Shown: positions 27,131-40,473, counted from the first letter of the stretch. The stretch: 64,000 nucleotides of DNA from Chiloscyllium plagiosum (GCF_004010195.1 NC_057758.1:7870935-7934934); one strand, 5' to 3'. Program-made: numbers and translations. The notes: generated by a model not told the origin, from the sequence alone.

Positions 27131-28157
27131 CAAATAGTTGATATTTTCAGAGAAAGGCGTGTTTATTTCAAAATGTCGTTGTTTAATTGTCTGGATTAAA
27201 GGGACAGTCGCAATGGAGGAAATGCATGTTTGTTTCTTTTTGTAGGGATGTCCAAATATATTTCCATCCGTTAAAAGTCTAGTTGGAGTATTTTGGCATT
27301 TACGATAAAACAACATCTTTATATGGAAGAATAAAACAGAATATCTCGATGCAATTAGTACACACAACATGATTGCAAATTAGTTCAGTCGTTAACGAGG
27401 CAGCAGAGGGTGGATGTCAGCCACCGAGTTAGTGGTGTGAATGGATGCAGTTGATGACTGGACACGTATTTATATTGCTTGCCTGCGTGCATTTTGATTT
27501 AGATTTTATTATCACGTGTACTTTACAGCAAGAATACAATGTATAGAGTGAAATTTCATTGTTGCCATAAAATGGCGACGTCTTGACTGATGTTAAAAGC
27601 AGGAAAAAGGATATAGCTTGATGATACTCAATCAGTTCTGAGTCAGTTCATTTCCGTTAACGACGCCTGCAATGGCAAATTATTGAAGGGGATGTTTTTC
27701 GAAATGATTCAAAATTGGCTCCGACGGATCCAAAGAATCACATGGAATGCGACTGTGGTGCCAAGGATGTAGAATAATAAGATCAGTTCTGAGCTTATGT
27801 AGTTCTTTAGCAAACTTGAGATATCAAGAACAGACTGATGTTGCGAAATTCTATCCTTTTGTCTTCAGAAACAAACATGACTCCAATGCATATGCGTGGA
27901 CTTGGGGTGTGGGGGTAGGAAGGGTGTGATTGCTCTGTGAATTTAAATTATCCAAGATCCTTTTGTCAAATTGTTGTTTTCCAGATCAACATTAATGAAT
28001 TCCCGAGAGAGGACGAGGATCACATTCTGAAGGACAATGTTCAGAATGGTCTGTGGACGTGGGCATGCAAGGTCAGATAAGTTTAAAGATCCAACCTTCT
28101 CCCCAGTCCCTGCCCCATCCTCTTATTTATCTCGAAACGCCCTTCCTATTCCCTCTA

Positions 28158-28193
28158 TATTCCTGATGAAGGGCTTATGCCCGAAACGTCAAC
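28158..28193 (+). ncRNA. Minimal type I hammerhead ribozyme motif (Penelope terminal repeat, ~28090-28290)
   Basis: tattc-CTGATGA-a-GGGC-ttat-GCCC-GAAAC-GTC-aac: intact core, 4-bp stem II, palindromic ACGT stem III; stem I is mismatched (aac vs gat in other copies). Confidence 0.7.
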
Positions 28194-28689
28194 TCTCCGG
28201 CACCTCGGAAACTGCCTGACCTCCTGCCTTTTTAGTGCTACTCTTTTCGACACTGACTCATCAGCGTTTCCCGGATCCACTTTCTCTCACCCTAAGTCCT
28301 GCCGCTGTTCCAATTTAGCTGTGATATGTCTTTGGTGCTGTTTATATGGAGGAACACTCATTTAATTCGAGAAGAATTAAAGTATCTGCAATTTCATATT
28401 CGTGCCTTGGAGGGTGACCAACGAGTGGAAAGTATTTGCATGTATTGTTCGAGTCCTTTACGGTGTTTTCAACTTAAGTCTGCAGTCAAAGTATGTTTTC
28501 TTTGAACCCAATCACAAGCCATGAAAATTGGAGGACAAGCTAATTTTTATTGAACATCCCTAATTGCCACAGTGCTGAGAAGAATCAAAGGCATTGCTGT
28601 GGGTCTGGAGTGTTATGACGATTCTCCAGGGTTCGAGAGTGTGGTTTTGGAAAAGCACAGCAGGTCATGCAGCATCCGAGGAATAGGAG

Positions 28690-28725
28690 TATCGACGTTT
28701 CCGACATAAGCCCTTCATCAGGACT
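28690..28725 (-). ncRNA. Minimal hammerhead ribozyme motif (Penelope terminal repeat, ~28632-28725)
   Basis: agtc-CTGATGA-a-gggc-ttat-gtcg-GAAAC-GTC-gat: core intact, stem I pairs, stem II closing pair broken. Confidence 0.65.
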
Positions 28726-28959
28726 ATTACATTTTGATATCTTGCCCTCTTTTATCTTCCCCACATCCAGCACTTTGCTTTTATCTGACTTAATCTCAAT
28801 AAAATCAATTTTGTAAATTAATCCGCTATTCCTTTCCACTTCCCCATTTGGTCCATGTCCCGTTTGGATTCTGAGCTCACCTTGTTAACTGTTCACTTTA
28901 TCACAATTTTACTGGCATTTGCAAACATACTGAACAACCATTCCATATTATATTGTTTC

Positions 28960-30300
28960 AGTCATTCACAAGATGTGGGCATCGCTGGATAAGCCAGCAT
29001 TTATTGCGCACGTCGAGGACACAAAATGCACGTAAAAGTCAAGACTATTCCTATGAACCGGGCGTCACATGTACATCTTTCCAAGTAAGGACGGCAGTTC
29101 CCTTCCACAAAAAGTAAGTTGTGAACCAAATGTTCGTTATTCAGGAAGCGATAATGGATGGTTCGTTATCATCAACTCTTTTTTTCCGATTTAAAAAAAA
29201 ATCAACTTCTATTGTCAGAGAGCAGTATTTGAACTCGGGTCTCCAGAACGTCAGTTATGTTTCTGGACGAAGACGCCAGCGTTCGTACACCTATGGCACC
29301 GCCTCCCCGAGTGGATGGTCGGAATGATGAAGCAAGTTTCCCATATCTCATCTCCATTACCCGATGAATCTGATCTCCCACCTTCAGTAATGTTATGGTC
29401 CCAAAGTGCAAGGACAGTTGGAGCTGCCTAGCGTCTAACGTCACTGAGTACTCCCTTATCTCGCTCAGTCTTGAAAATCTCAAGTTCAACAGAATCAATT
29501 TCCATGTGCAGCTGGTCTGCCCAATCCACTAACGTCCTTCTAAAGCATTAGACCGCTGGCATACTGTCAACCACTTGACAGATTTGGCGCCATCTGGAAT
29601 ACTTACTTGTCATCACTCAGGTTTTCGTCGACATTCTTCACATGTCATCGCAAACAAGGAAGGAGACCAGTGTGTATTCCTGTGGTACGCCACTGCATTC
29701 CACTCATACACCAATTCCACCACTACCTTCATGATGCTGAGAATCTTTTGTCTCTAACTTGACGAGATTTCCCCCGATCTGACGCGTCTTCTTTCCATTA
29801 TTTATCAAGCACAGCGGATCAGGATAATGCATTTGCATAGTTCCTTCAAGAAGGCAGGGCAGACAGACGAGGTGGCTAAGAAGTCAGAAGTGACAGCTGC
29901 CTTTACCAGGCGATCTTGCCTCAGTATGGTGTGACTTACAACTGGAGAGACCTACCAGGAAGTTGTCCTCTCTGAAGACATCTGCAAAGATGCTGTCCTT
30001 CGTGATTGTCGTGGTCTTGGGATTGGATGATGCTGTCTTAGGAGCCTTTTCAATTTCTGTAGTGTGTCTGGTAGATGGTACACACAAGTGTAATACTGCA
30101 TCGTGGCGGATGGACTGAACGAGGGGGGTAGTGGTAAGTATTACGTGTCAGGGACTGGCGTGTTGCTGAACTGTCAAATTTCTTAATTGATGTTAGATGA
30201 GCACACAATTAGGCTTATGGGGACTATTCCTTCACAGTCCTGAATAATGTCTCATCGTTGGTGGCACAGGTTTTGGGAAGGGGTTTGTAGGCAAGAGTTG
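28960..30300 (-). mobile_element. Old L2/CR1-type LINE and SINE fragments
   Basis: gatgtgggcatcgctgg..ccagcatttattgc terminal block and degenerate RT-like sequence; family not resolved. Confidence 0.4.
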
Positions 30301-31899
30301 TAGTGCTCTACGCAGGATTTGCAGCTTCTTACATTTATAAGAATAGTCACTTTCAATTTCCGCTTCGTTTGGGGATTTGCAGAACATTATCTGGGGCAGT
30401 GCTAGAGACTGTGCATATTTCCCGTCTCCAAAGTGTAGGTTAGATTTGATTCCACTGGAGAGGTGGTGAAACGAAGATTCAGCAGGATGTTACCCGGGAT
30501 GGAGCAGGTTAGCTATGAAGAGAGGATGGATAGTTTCGTTGAATAATTTGGAGCAGTGAAGGTTTAAATTGGATCAGACAGATGTGTGCACGATTTTGAC
30601 AGGCGTGAATAAGCTGAATAAAAGAATCCTCTTCCACTCAGCTGCAATGTGAAAGCACGGGGCCATCATATTATGGTGAAAGGCATGAGAGGTTTCGAGA
30701 AGGTATGAGGATATCTCTTTAAACTGCCCGTGAGGGTAGTTGAGGCTGGATAACTCAATCTTTAAAGGTGTTCTAAGTTCCACTTGAAATGTCATAGCAT
30801 TAGAAGCCATGAACCTCGTGAGGCAAAGTGTGACGAGAATAGATTGATAGTCGGTGTTTCTTTTAGTTGATGTCGACTCAGTGAGACAAGGACCTTTTTT
30901 GTACAGTCTGATTCTGTGATTCTATGAGGCAAGCCGGTGGAAGCAGAAACCCTCAGGACAGTTCAAAATGTTTTAGGCAGGTAATTGTTATGCCAAGTCA
31001 TAGAAGGTTTAATTTAAACGCGATCAGCGAATGGTGAGGTATGGGACGCGGACATTTAGATGCTTTGTTTCCTGACAGCGCAGACATAATGGGCTGGAAG
31101 ATTTGTTTATTTGCCACATATCTCTATGCCGCAGAGACATGAATAAAAGTCGGTCTTGCACATGGAGTTAAACAAAAGACTGTAGAGACTCCAGTCGCCC
31201 CAGTCCACAAGGTTTATGGAGATGGTTGTTTTGTTAGTCAGGGCGTACGGTTGTGCAATCTCTCTTATACAATTTGAACACATTTCCTTGTGGGAGGCAC
31301 AGGGTAACTGTTATTTAAATTCCATTTTTTTCCAAATTACGCTTTAAAAGGTGAAGCAAAAGCCGCTCTTGAGGGAAAATCAATCGAGCTTTCCTCACGG
31401 CTTTTGGCAAATCATTGGAGACAACAACACACCTTGCAGAACTCCATTGTGAAATACCAATACGCCCCCATCTACCACGATAGCTTTTCAGCCGGACGTC
31501 ACATAGTCGCCTATGACCTGTTAAAACTCATTTTCTAGAGTGCGTCTGGTGGTGAATCTACAAACAGCCTTCGACTTGAAGTTCCCTACAGTCTGCAGGA
31601 TTCAACATTGAGTTCCCTTATTGCACAGTACGAACGCCTGCTTACTTTTTGATTAGCAAAAATGTATCTCTCTTAGATTTAAAATCAACAACTAATTCAA
31701 TATCGAATGCCTTTTGTGGAAGAGATTTTGAAATATCTACCACCCACCGATTGTGTGTAGATTTATTTTTTAATATCAATTCTGAACACTGCGGCCATAA
31801 TTTTCAGTCTGAGCCTGCTAATTCTTGAATAAAATAATTTATCTTCAACTCATCATCAAAACTCGACCTACTCTTGTGAAATTGGGCAAAACAGGTGAC

Positions 31900-33040
31900 G
31901 GAGATGATAGCAGCAGAGCAGTATTAAACCAGTGGCCAGAGTTCTATTAACTTTAATACGGTACTGAATTGGAGCAAGGCGAATTTTGATGGAAGTATAT
32001 CAAGAATTGTAGAGGTTATTTGGAACAGCTTGTTTGCAAGTAAAGGCCTTTGATAAGTTTCCACATGGGAGGCTGCTCTGGAAAGTAAGATTGCATAGAT
32101 CCAGGGTGATCTAGCAAACTCAGCGCATTTTAGCTTCATGGTCGGAAGAAGCGTTTAAGAGTGGAAGGATGCTTGTTGGACGGGAGACCTGTGACTAGGC
32201 TCATTCCTATTTGTTACTTATGTCAATGATTTGCATGATAATATACAAGGCATGATTAGTAATTTTGTAGATGATGCTAAAATATAAGGATTCCTTCACA
32301 TTGACAAGGTTATCAAAATTTGCAGCAGAAGCATGCCTGCTTGGGAAGTGGGCCGAGGAAAGACAAATTGGAGTGTAGAATAGATAAGTGTAAGGTCTTG
32401 CATTTTGCAAACTCAAATCAAGGTCGGACTTTCGTGGTAAATTGTAGGGCCGTATAGAGTGTAGTGGAAGAGAGGGACCTTGTAGATCAGGTGCACAGTT
32501 CTCTGCAAGTGGAGTCACAGGTAGACAGGACAGTGAAGACAGTTTTTGGCAACTTCATCGTTTAAGCCTTTGAGTACAGACGTTGCGAAGTTAGATTGCA
32601 GTTGTACACGACTTTGGTGAGGCCGCACTTGGTGTATAGTGTTCAGTTTCGGCCAAATTGTTAAAGGAAAGACTGGAAAGAGTGCAAATGAAATATACAA
32701 GGATGTTTCCAGGACTCAGCGGTCTAAGTTATAGGTAAAGTTTAGAAAAGCATGGACTCTTGTGCTTAGAGTTTCGGAGAATAGGAGAGGAACTCAAAGA
32801 AGTGTATAAGATAATGAGTATGGATGCACTCAGTCTTTTTCCGAGGATTGTGGAATCAAGGAATATAGGGCATCAGTTTTAGGTTCGAGTAAAATAATAA
32901 AAGGGAACATAAGGGGCAGCGATTTTGCTCAGAGTGTGGTACACATATGGAATGATCTGCCAGAGGAAGTATTTGATGTGAGTACATTAAGAACATTTAA
33001 AAGATATTCGTGCCTCTATATGGAGAGAAAAGATTTAGAA
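31900..33040 (+). mobile_element. CR1 LINE RT/3' fragment
   Basis: FVDDAK, CKVLHF, LYTTLVRPHLVYSVQF, ELKEVYKIM remnants. Confidence 0.85.
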
Positions 33041-33235
33041 GGAGAGCCTGTCGACACAAGTAATCAGTCATGAACCGTCAACAAATAATTCTTACAATGA
33101 AAACACTAAGTCACTGATAAATTGCCCGCACCACACACATACAGGCACGGTTAAAACTATTGATTTTACAGGCGGAGGGCAGGATCGAAAAGTAATCAAA
33201 TGACCCCGCTCCGCAAGCATTACTGGCAAGATCAT

Positions 33236-33727
33236 CTTGAGTATTGATGTCTGGATGTCTTTGGTCTGCTTATCCTGGTTTGTTTTTGATGAATCTGTGC
33301 ACTGTATTTTTTGAGTATCTGTTCTTCTTGAATACGTTGTATCGGTGGTTCTCCTCTGTATAGGCGATCCTACGTAGGACAAACAGGAAGAAATTTAGCC
33401 ACCAGGATGCACGAACACCAGCTCGCGACAAAAGGACACGACACGCTCTCCCTCGTAGCCCTACACACGGATGAAAAAAGCCACCATTTCGACTGGGACA
33501 ACACATTAATCCTGGGACAGGCTAAGCAAAGACATGCCAGAGAATTCCTTGAAGCCTGGCACTCCAACCACAACGCCAAGAAACAAACACATAGATCTGG
33601 ATGCCAACTATCAACCCCTCAGAAAACGAACAGGAAATGACATCACCACAAACCCCAGGAACCCCATCCAGGAGAAAAATAGAAATAGAAAGCAGGAGAC
33701 ACCAGCTTCGCTTCACTTGGAGGTCGC
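33236..33727 (+). mobile_element. Penelope-like element fragment (GIY-YIG endonuclease) with 5' inversion
   Basis: Plus strand: YVGQTGR/LATRMHEHQLA..HHFDWDNTLILGQAKQRHAREFLEAWHS. Segment 33236-33360 is inverted RT C-terminus (EENHRYNVFKKNRYSKNTVHRFI). Confidence 0.85.
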
Positions 33728-34009
33728 CAACAGCCCTATACCCAAGCTATCTATCGACGTAAGAGCCAAACACATCGTTGTTGGCAGGCAATCAAATACC
33801 GTGATCAATAATTTCACAGATAAATAAAATTTTGTGGCGACAAACAGTGAGGAGCATAATCGTAGCTTGCAAGAAGGCGCAGATTGGAATTCAACCTGGA
33901 GATATGTCAGATGATGTGCTTTTTCAGGACAAACTAGAATATAGAATGCATGGTGAACAATCAATATCTGACTAGCCAGATTAGCAGAGGAACATTAAAT
34001 TGTTTGTCC

Positions 34010-34326
34010 ACCATGGAACTCGACAGTCTGGAAACAGATTAATTAGCCCAACAAACCCACACCAGACCAACTGCTTACTCCGGTAATCCTTCATTTCCCT
34101 GAAGACCGCACATAAACTACACATCCTTTAAACTATGAGCAATTCATCATAATGCTCACATCTTTTGACTGTGGATGGACTCAGAGCCACCAGACAGAAA
34201 CCCACGTATAAACAGGGATTACGTGCATACTCCTCACAGACTGTAGCCTGAGATTTTAAATCAAGCGCAGGTCCCTGATGATACATGCAGCAGTGCTAAC
34301 CCCCCTGATGAGCCACCGTGCCACCT
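34010..34326 (-). mobile_element. HE1-like SINE, degenerate
   Basis: Minus-strand head ggtggcacggtggctca..gttagcactgctgc. Confidence 0.65.
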
Positions 34327-34329
34327 GTT

Positions 34330-34990
34330 CTATAGTATGTCAGGATTCGTGGATAAAATGTTTAATAAGGCATATGGTGTACATGCATTTGTGAATCAAA
34401 ACAGAGGGTTTGCGTCCTGGAATTGCAAACATCGTTAGTTCTGCTACAACTGGAGCACAGCGAATGTTCCGGAATCCACATCACAGACTCCCGTCATTCC
34501 ACTACGAAGGGTGAAATGATGATTTGGAGGGCGAAGTGGGAATTTAGCAGAAAAGGTTCAGTTATGAAGAGAGATTACACAAACTGGGGTTACTTGCATG
34601 ACATGAGAACAGACAGAGAGGTGATGTGATTGAGATATGCAAAGTTAGCAGTGGCCCTGACAGGGTGGGCAAGAAGAAATATAATTCCTTCAGGGAAGGA
34701 ACTATGAACAGGTGGCATAGATTTAAGGTCAGGATCAGGCGTATTCGAGGAGAATTGAGGCATTTTTTTCAGACAGAGAGTGGCGTCAATATGGAAATCA
34801 CTAGCTGGAATGTTGCTCAAGGTGAAACCCTTCGTAAAATGAAAGAAGTATTTATATTAGCACGTGGAATGCCAAGCCATACACGGTTGAGGGCCGAGTT
34901 CGGTAAAATGAGAAGCAAAATGTTCATTTGATAGATTAACGGTGCAGAGCGTAGGGGTGCATTAGCCTGTTCCTGTCCTATAGATCTTCA
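34330..34990 (+). mobile_element. CR1 LINE 3' fragment
   Basis: KAYGVHAF, HRFKVR..ELRHFFQ remnants and CR1 3' UTR. Confidence 0.7.
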
Positions 34991-35124
34991 TGTCTGCTCA
35001 CTTGACAAAGGTTTGCTTATTTCACATTACCATTAGCTGAGGCTCCACTGTCACTCACCCCGCCCCCCCCCACGCCTCCCGCTTGTTGAGACACTGTATA
35101 CACAGTGATTGCAATGAACACAGC

Positions 35125-38100
35125 ACATTGAATGTCGAAATTTACAGCACAATACAAGCCCTTACGCACTCGATGTTGGGCCGACCCGTGAAATTATTTT
35201 GATGCCCATTTAACCTATTGAATTCCAGTATTAACCAAATGTCTGTCCAAAGTCCATTTGAATACAATTAATGTCGGCGAGTCTACCATTGTTGCAGGCA
35301 GGCCGCTCCACGCTCCTACTACTCTCTGAGTTAAGAAAATACCCGAAATAACGGTCCTACATCTATCAACTCTCAATCGAAAAAAATGTCTCCTCATGTT
35401 AGCCTTCACCATGAGAGTAAAATGGCACTCACTATCCATTCTATCTAACAATCAGATTATCGCGATTAAGTCTTGAATCAGTCACGTCAAAATCTTCTTC
35501 CATCCAAGGAAACAGCGTCAGTTTCTCCAGTCTTTCCTCGAAAGAAATTTCTTCCATAGCAGGCAGCTTCCTACTAAATCTCCTCTGAACCCTATTCCAA
35601 AGCTTCCACATTTTTCCTTTAATGCAGTGACGAGAACTGAACACAATATTCCAAGAGCGGCTTTCCCATTGTCTTATACAGCTGAAGCATAACCACGTGG
35701 CTCCTAAACTCAATCCGTCTACCAATAAACGCCAACACACCATTTGGATTCTCCAAAACCCTATCAACCATGGAGGTAACTTCCAGGGATTTATGTTCCA
35801 GGACACCGAGATCTCTCTGTTGATCGTCCTGCATTCCTCGCATTCCTTCTGAAGGGAACTACCTCACACTTTTCTGCATTAAAGTCCATTTGCCATTTCT
35901 CAGCCCAGCACTGCAACTTATGTATGACCGTCTGTTAACCACAACATCCTTCAGCATTATTGGCAACTCTGCCTAACTTTGTATCATCCGCAAATTTATT
36001 AACCCTAACTTTCAAACCCACATCCAAATCATTTTCAAGAAATGACAAACAGCAGTGGGCTTAAAACAAATCCTGGTGGCACACCACTGGTAACTGAAGT
36101 CCAAGATGAAAATTTCTCATCAATCAATTAGTCTTCTTTCAAATAACCAATTTCTGATTCAAACCGCTCAAAAACCTTCCATCCCGAACCGCCGTATTTT
36201 TTCAAACATACTATCGTGTGGAACCTTATTAAACGCCTTACTAAAGTCCATTTACGCCATAGCAACGCTGTACCTTCATCCACCTGTTTTGTCACCTTTT
36301 CAAAGCACTTAGTAATATTAATAAAGCACGACCCACTCTTCACAGAACAGTGTTGACGAGACCTAAGCAAACTATTCATTTCCAGATGGTTATAAATTCT
36401 ATCGCTAATAACCTTTTCCAACATCTTACCCTTAACGGAAGTAATGCTCACGGGCATATATTACCATGGTTGTCCCGAGTCCCCTTCTTAAACAAGGGAA
36501 TGACATTTACCGAAATCCAGCCTTCTGGCACTAATTCTGTCTACAATCATGACATAAGTATAGAAGCCAACGTCTCTGCAGTCTCCTCCCTGGTTTGCAA
36601 GAGAATCTGTGGATAAATCACATTCAACACAGGGTCTTACTTATTTTCAAATTGCGAAAAAAAATATCTTTGTCAACCTCAGTCCCATACAATATTGTAG
36701 CCTGTAACTCCATATTCTCAATAACATTGCCCTTTTCCAATGTGAATACTGAGAAAAGTATTCATTACATGCTTCCCTTATTCCTCAGATTCCCCAGTCA
36801 AATTTCCACTATTGTCTTCGATTGGCCTGAACCTTACCCTAGTCATTCTTTTATTCCTGATATACTCGTGGAATGCCTTGTGGCTTTCCTTGATCCTATC
36901 TGCCAACAACCTATTTTGTCCACTTCTGGTTCTTCTTAGTCTTCTCTCTTTAGATCTGTTCTGGCTAACTTGCAACTCTCTCGCCCACTATCCACCGTGA
37001 CAACATATTACTCTCGCTCCTGTTGAGAATGGTCTTTGATATCCTTTCTATATCGCTGCAACAATTCGGAGGCCGATAGAACCCTGCAAACAGATGACCT
37101 CTCCTTTCTTGTTTCTAATGTCATTCGAAATTAATTCAGTAGTTGAGTCCTCAACCGATCTCTCAGCTGCTGCCGTGCTTTCCTTGATTAAAAATGCCAC
37201 ACATCTCTTTTCTTGCTAACACATCTAAATCCCGGAATCTACAACAATTATTCCTGCCCCTCCTCGAATCATGTTTCTGAAATGATCACCAGATTGAAAT
37301 TTCAGGGACCAACCCATGCTGTAAGATCACCCACCTTATTCCGGAGCAAGAGCGAGGTCTTGCACATCGGTTAAAAAAAAAAGAATTCAGGGACGGATTA
37401 TTTTCAAATCTGTAAGAAAATTCCGAAAGCCAAAGTACAAATCTAACTGTGAGTGCTACTCTAGGTTTCTCTAAATGTTGACTTGCAGGTTGAGTCCGTG
37501 GTTAAGAAAGCAAATGTAATGTTGTCATTTATCTCAAGAGAGTTGGACTGTATAAGGAGGGATTTTCTACTAAGAATTTATAAAGCTCTGGTTAGGACAC
37601 ATTTAGAATTGTGTATCTTAGTTTTGGGCCCACACCTCAGGAAGGAGCGACTGGCACTGGAGCATGTCCAGCAGAGTTTCACACGGATGATCCGTGAATG
37701 GTAGGTCTAACATATGATGATGGCTGAGGATCCTGGGAATGTATTCATTTGAGTTTTGAAGGTTGAGGCGAGATCTAATAGAAACTTACAAAATAATGCA
37801 TGGTTTAAAAAGGGTGGAAGCTGGTAATTTGTTTGTCAGGCGGGAATAGTAGGCACGGTGGGCACAGCCTGAGGATTAAAGAGGTTCAATTTAAAACGGA
37901 GATGAAGAGACATTTCGTCAGCCAGAGAGTGGCGGACCTGTGAAATTCATTTCCACGGAGCACAGTGGAGACCGGGACATTAAATGTCTTCAGGGCAGAA
38001 TTTGATAAATTCTTAATCTTGCAAGTAATTAAGGGATTGGGGAGAGTGCGGTAACTGGCGTTGAAATGCCTATCAGCCATGGCTGAATGGTGTAGTGTAC

Positions 38101-39170
38101 TTAATGGGTCGAATAACCTTACTTCCATTCCTGTCTTATGGACTTATGAATGCTCCTGGCATTGAATTACACACATTTAAAACCAACTTGCGGTGTGCCT
38201 GTAACCTCTCACAACCTTGTAAATCTCCCCCAGACCTCACTACCCTCAACCTCCTGTCTGCTGCAACAACAATTGAAGTTCCCATCCGACTGTTGCATTG
38301 GATTATCTTCCCCCCGCCAGCCCCCAGGGAGCAGAAGTAATTTTCTCACCCAGCATATTGATACCACTCTGGTTCAGATGAGACCATTCTGTTTGTCGAT
38401 AACCCACCATTCCCAGAAAGAGCTCCAATTATCCAAGAATCCAAAACTCTTCCAGCTGAACCATTCCTGCAGCCACGTGTTCAAATCCATTCTCTCCCTG
38501 TTCCTTGCTTTTCTAGCATGTGTCACGGGCAACAAACTAGAGATAATAACTCTGTTTGTTCCATCTCTCAGCTTACAACCTAGCTCCCTGACTTTTTGCC
38601 TTAGGTCCTTACCTATCTTCCTACCTCTGTCGTTGGTGACAACTTAGACAACGACTTGGCTCTGCTTCCATTACCCGTTAAGGATAACGATAACATGATC
38701 AGAGACATCACAAACCTTGGCACCTGGGAGAAAACAAACCAATCGTGAGTCACTCTAGTTCTCACAAAAGCTGCTTTCTGTCCTCCTGACTATGGACTCT
38801 CCAATGACTAAATCTCTGCTCCTCTTCCCCTTCCCCTCTGAGCAGCAGGGACAGGCTCTCCACCAGCGATCTGTTCCCCATTACCTACCCCTGTTGTGTC
38901 TTTCCCCCAACATTACCCAAAACGGGACACTTGTTGCTGAGGCGTACCACCACAAAAAATCCCTGCACTGCCGAATGGTCCCTTTCCCTACCCCTGACGG
39001 TAGTCTATTCACCTTCCTCATGTGGCTGTAGAATAACTACCTCCCTGTAACTCCTCAAATGAACTGTCTCTGCCTTCTGAAAGACCCGACGTTCATCCAG
39101 CTCCAGCTGCAGCTCCCGAACTTGGTTCTCGAGGCAGTGGATTTGAGTGTATTTCTCACCGATGAAGTCA
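35125..39170 (-). mobile_element. Long decayed CR1 LINE (ORF1 + ORF2)
   Basis: IEFRSHVVMLQLYKTMGKPLLEYCVQF, PVSITSVKGKMLE, LADRIKESHKAF; ORF1 region 38390-39170 is homologous to 13130-13930. Confidence 0.9.
37346..38149 (+). mobile_element. CR1 3' fragment nested in the opposite-strand CR1
   Basis: VVKKANVMLSFISR..YKALVRTHLE..LEHVQQSFTRMI; the host sequence caccttattccgg|atgctcc rejoins across it. Confidence 0.85.
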
Positions 39171-39403
39171 GCATTGAGCGTGAAATGACTTAATTAACAA
39201 ACGTGCAGAAATCCGTTGAACCATTCTTGTTGTTTAAGAATGATCATTTTCTCCCCATTTCAATACACAGCGTAAAACGAAAAAATATTTATTTTAAATT
39301 ACGTTGTATTCCAACAGAACAACTGTCTTGCTCTCGGTTCAGCCGGCTAAAAGAGCGACACATATATTCTGTAATTTTCTGAGCTTAGTTTAACAAGCGC
39401 ATT

Positions 39404-39605
39404 TGGGTTTCACAAAAAAGACATCTGGATTTTTAAGTGTGACTGAAATCAACTGAGTTTCACATAAAAAGACATCTGGATTTTTAGCTTTGACTGTAAG
39501 TGGAATAAACAATCCAATTAACAAACTCATGTGTTGACGTGTTGATAGCAGTCCCACATCGATGAGTAATGTCTCTCAGGGACTTCTCTCTCTGCTCCAT
39601 ATAAG
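39404..39605 (+). promoter_or_regulatory. Putative proximal promoter of the intact GPCR
   Basis: TATAAG at 39600, 60 nt before the ATG; tctcaggga 39574-39582; caatta 39515-39520; duplicated ~45-nt unit, each copy with CATCTG (39422, 39473). Confidence 0.45.
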
Positions 39606-39659
39606 GATTCGTGGCTTAACTGCACAGAATAATTCTGCACCCACTGACGGGAAAGCGCC

Positions 39660-39804
39660 ATGAATTTCAATGATTTCTCTCCATATTTTCTCGAAGGATA
39701 CGGCATCCATTTATCATGGGTAGATGGAGCCTTCTACATCCAAGGTATATTCCAGGATTTTGAGAGGATATACTACCCATTACTTGCTGTCATCAGTGTC
39801 CCCC
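39660..39804 (+). CDS. GPR139-like class A GPCR, coding exon 1
   Basis: gcgccATG context; MNFNDFSPYFLEGYGIHLSWVDGAFYIQGIFQDFERIYYPLLAVISVP+C, then canonical donor GTAAGT; phase 1 matches the acceptor at 43998. Confidence 0.88.
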
Positions 39805-40189
39805 GTAAGTGCTAAGCGTCCTTATCAATTTTCTAAACCGTGTTGTACTCCTCACTCAATGTCCTGAAACGATTCCTGATCGACGTTTGCTCATAGATCG
39901 ATTGTTGATTCCTCCTTACTCCCCTTGGTATATATGGTGAACTGTAAAGCTATATTAGTCCAGTCTACCTTACGTTGTCGACAGAGTGACTCATGGAGAC
40001 GAGTTGGATTAATTCGCTGCTTCATATTCTCGTGCATATGGATCTATTTATCTATGAACAAATGAGAAAGGTCACCTGCAGTCCTCTGCAGTAGGTTGGC
40101 GATATTTGTTTGATAGACCATGAATAATGTGTCCAAAATTCTGCGTCTGTAGATCCATTGTATTTAATATAAGATGAGAGCATAGCAGG

Positions 40190-40460
40190 ATACACACACA
40201 CACACACACAATCTCTCACAGAATCTCACTTTTACCAAAATGCATACACCCACTATCACTCACATACAATCTTTCAGATTCTTTCCCAAATGCACATAAA
40301 CATTCACTGTCTCACTTTCTTGCTGTATCTATTACAGACGTGCACGCACACACACACACAACACAGACACACACAGACATACAGATACACACACATATTC
40401 ACGCCACAATCTATGACAAACACGCAGATATTCAGACAGTCTCACCTGCACACACTGACA
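40190..40460. repeat. (CA)n-rich low-complexity tract in the GPCR intron
   Basis: acacacac runs at ~40192-40210 and ~40345-40400. Confidence 0.85.
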
Positions 40461-40473
40461 AAATACGCCCCAT

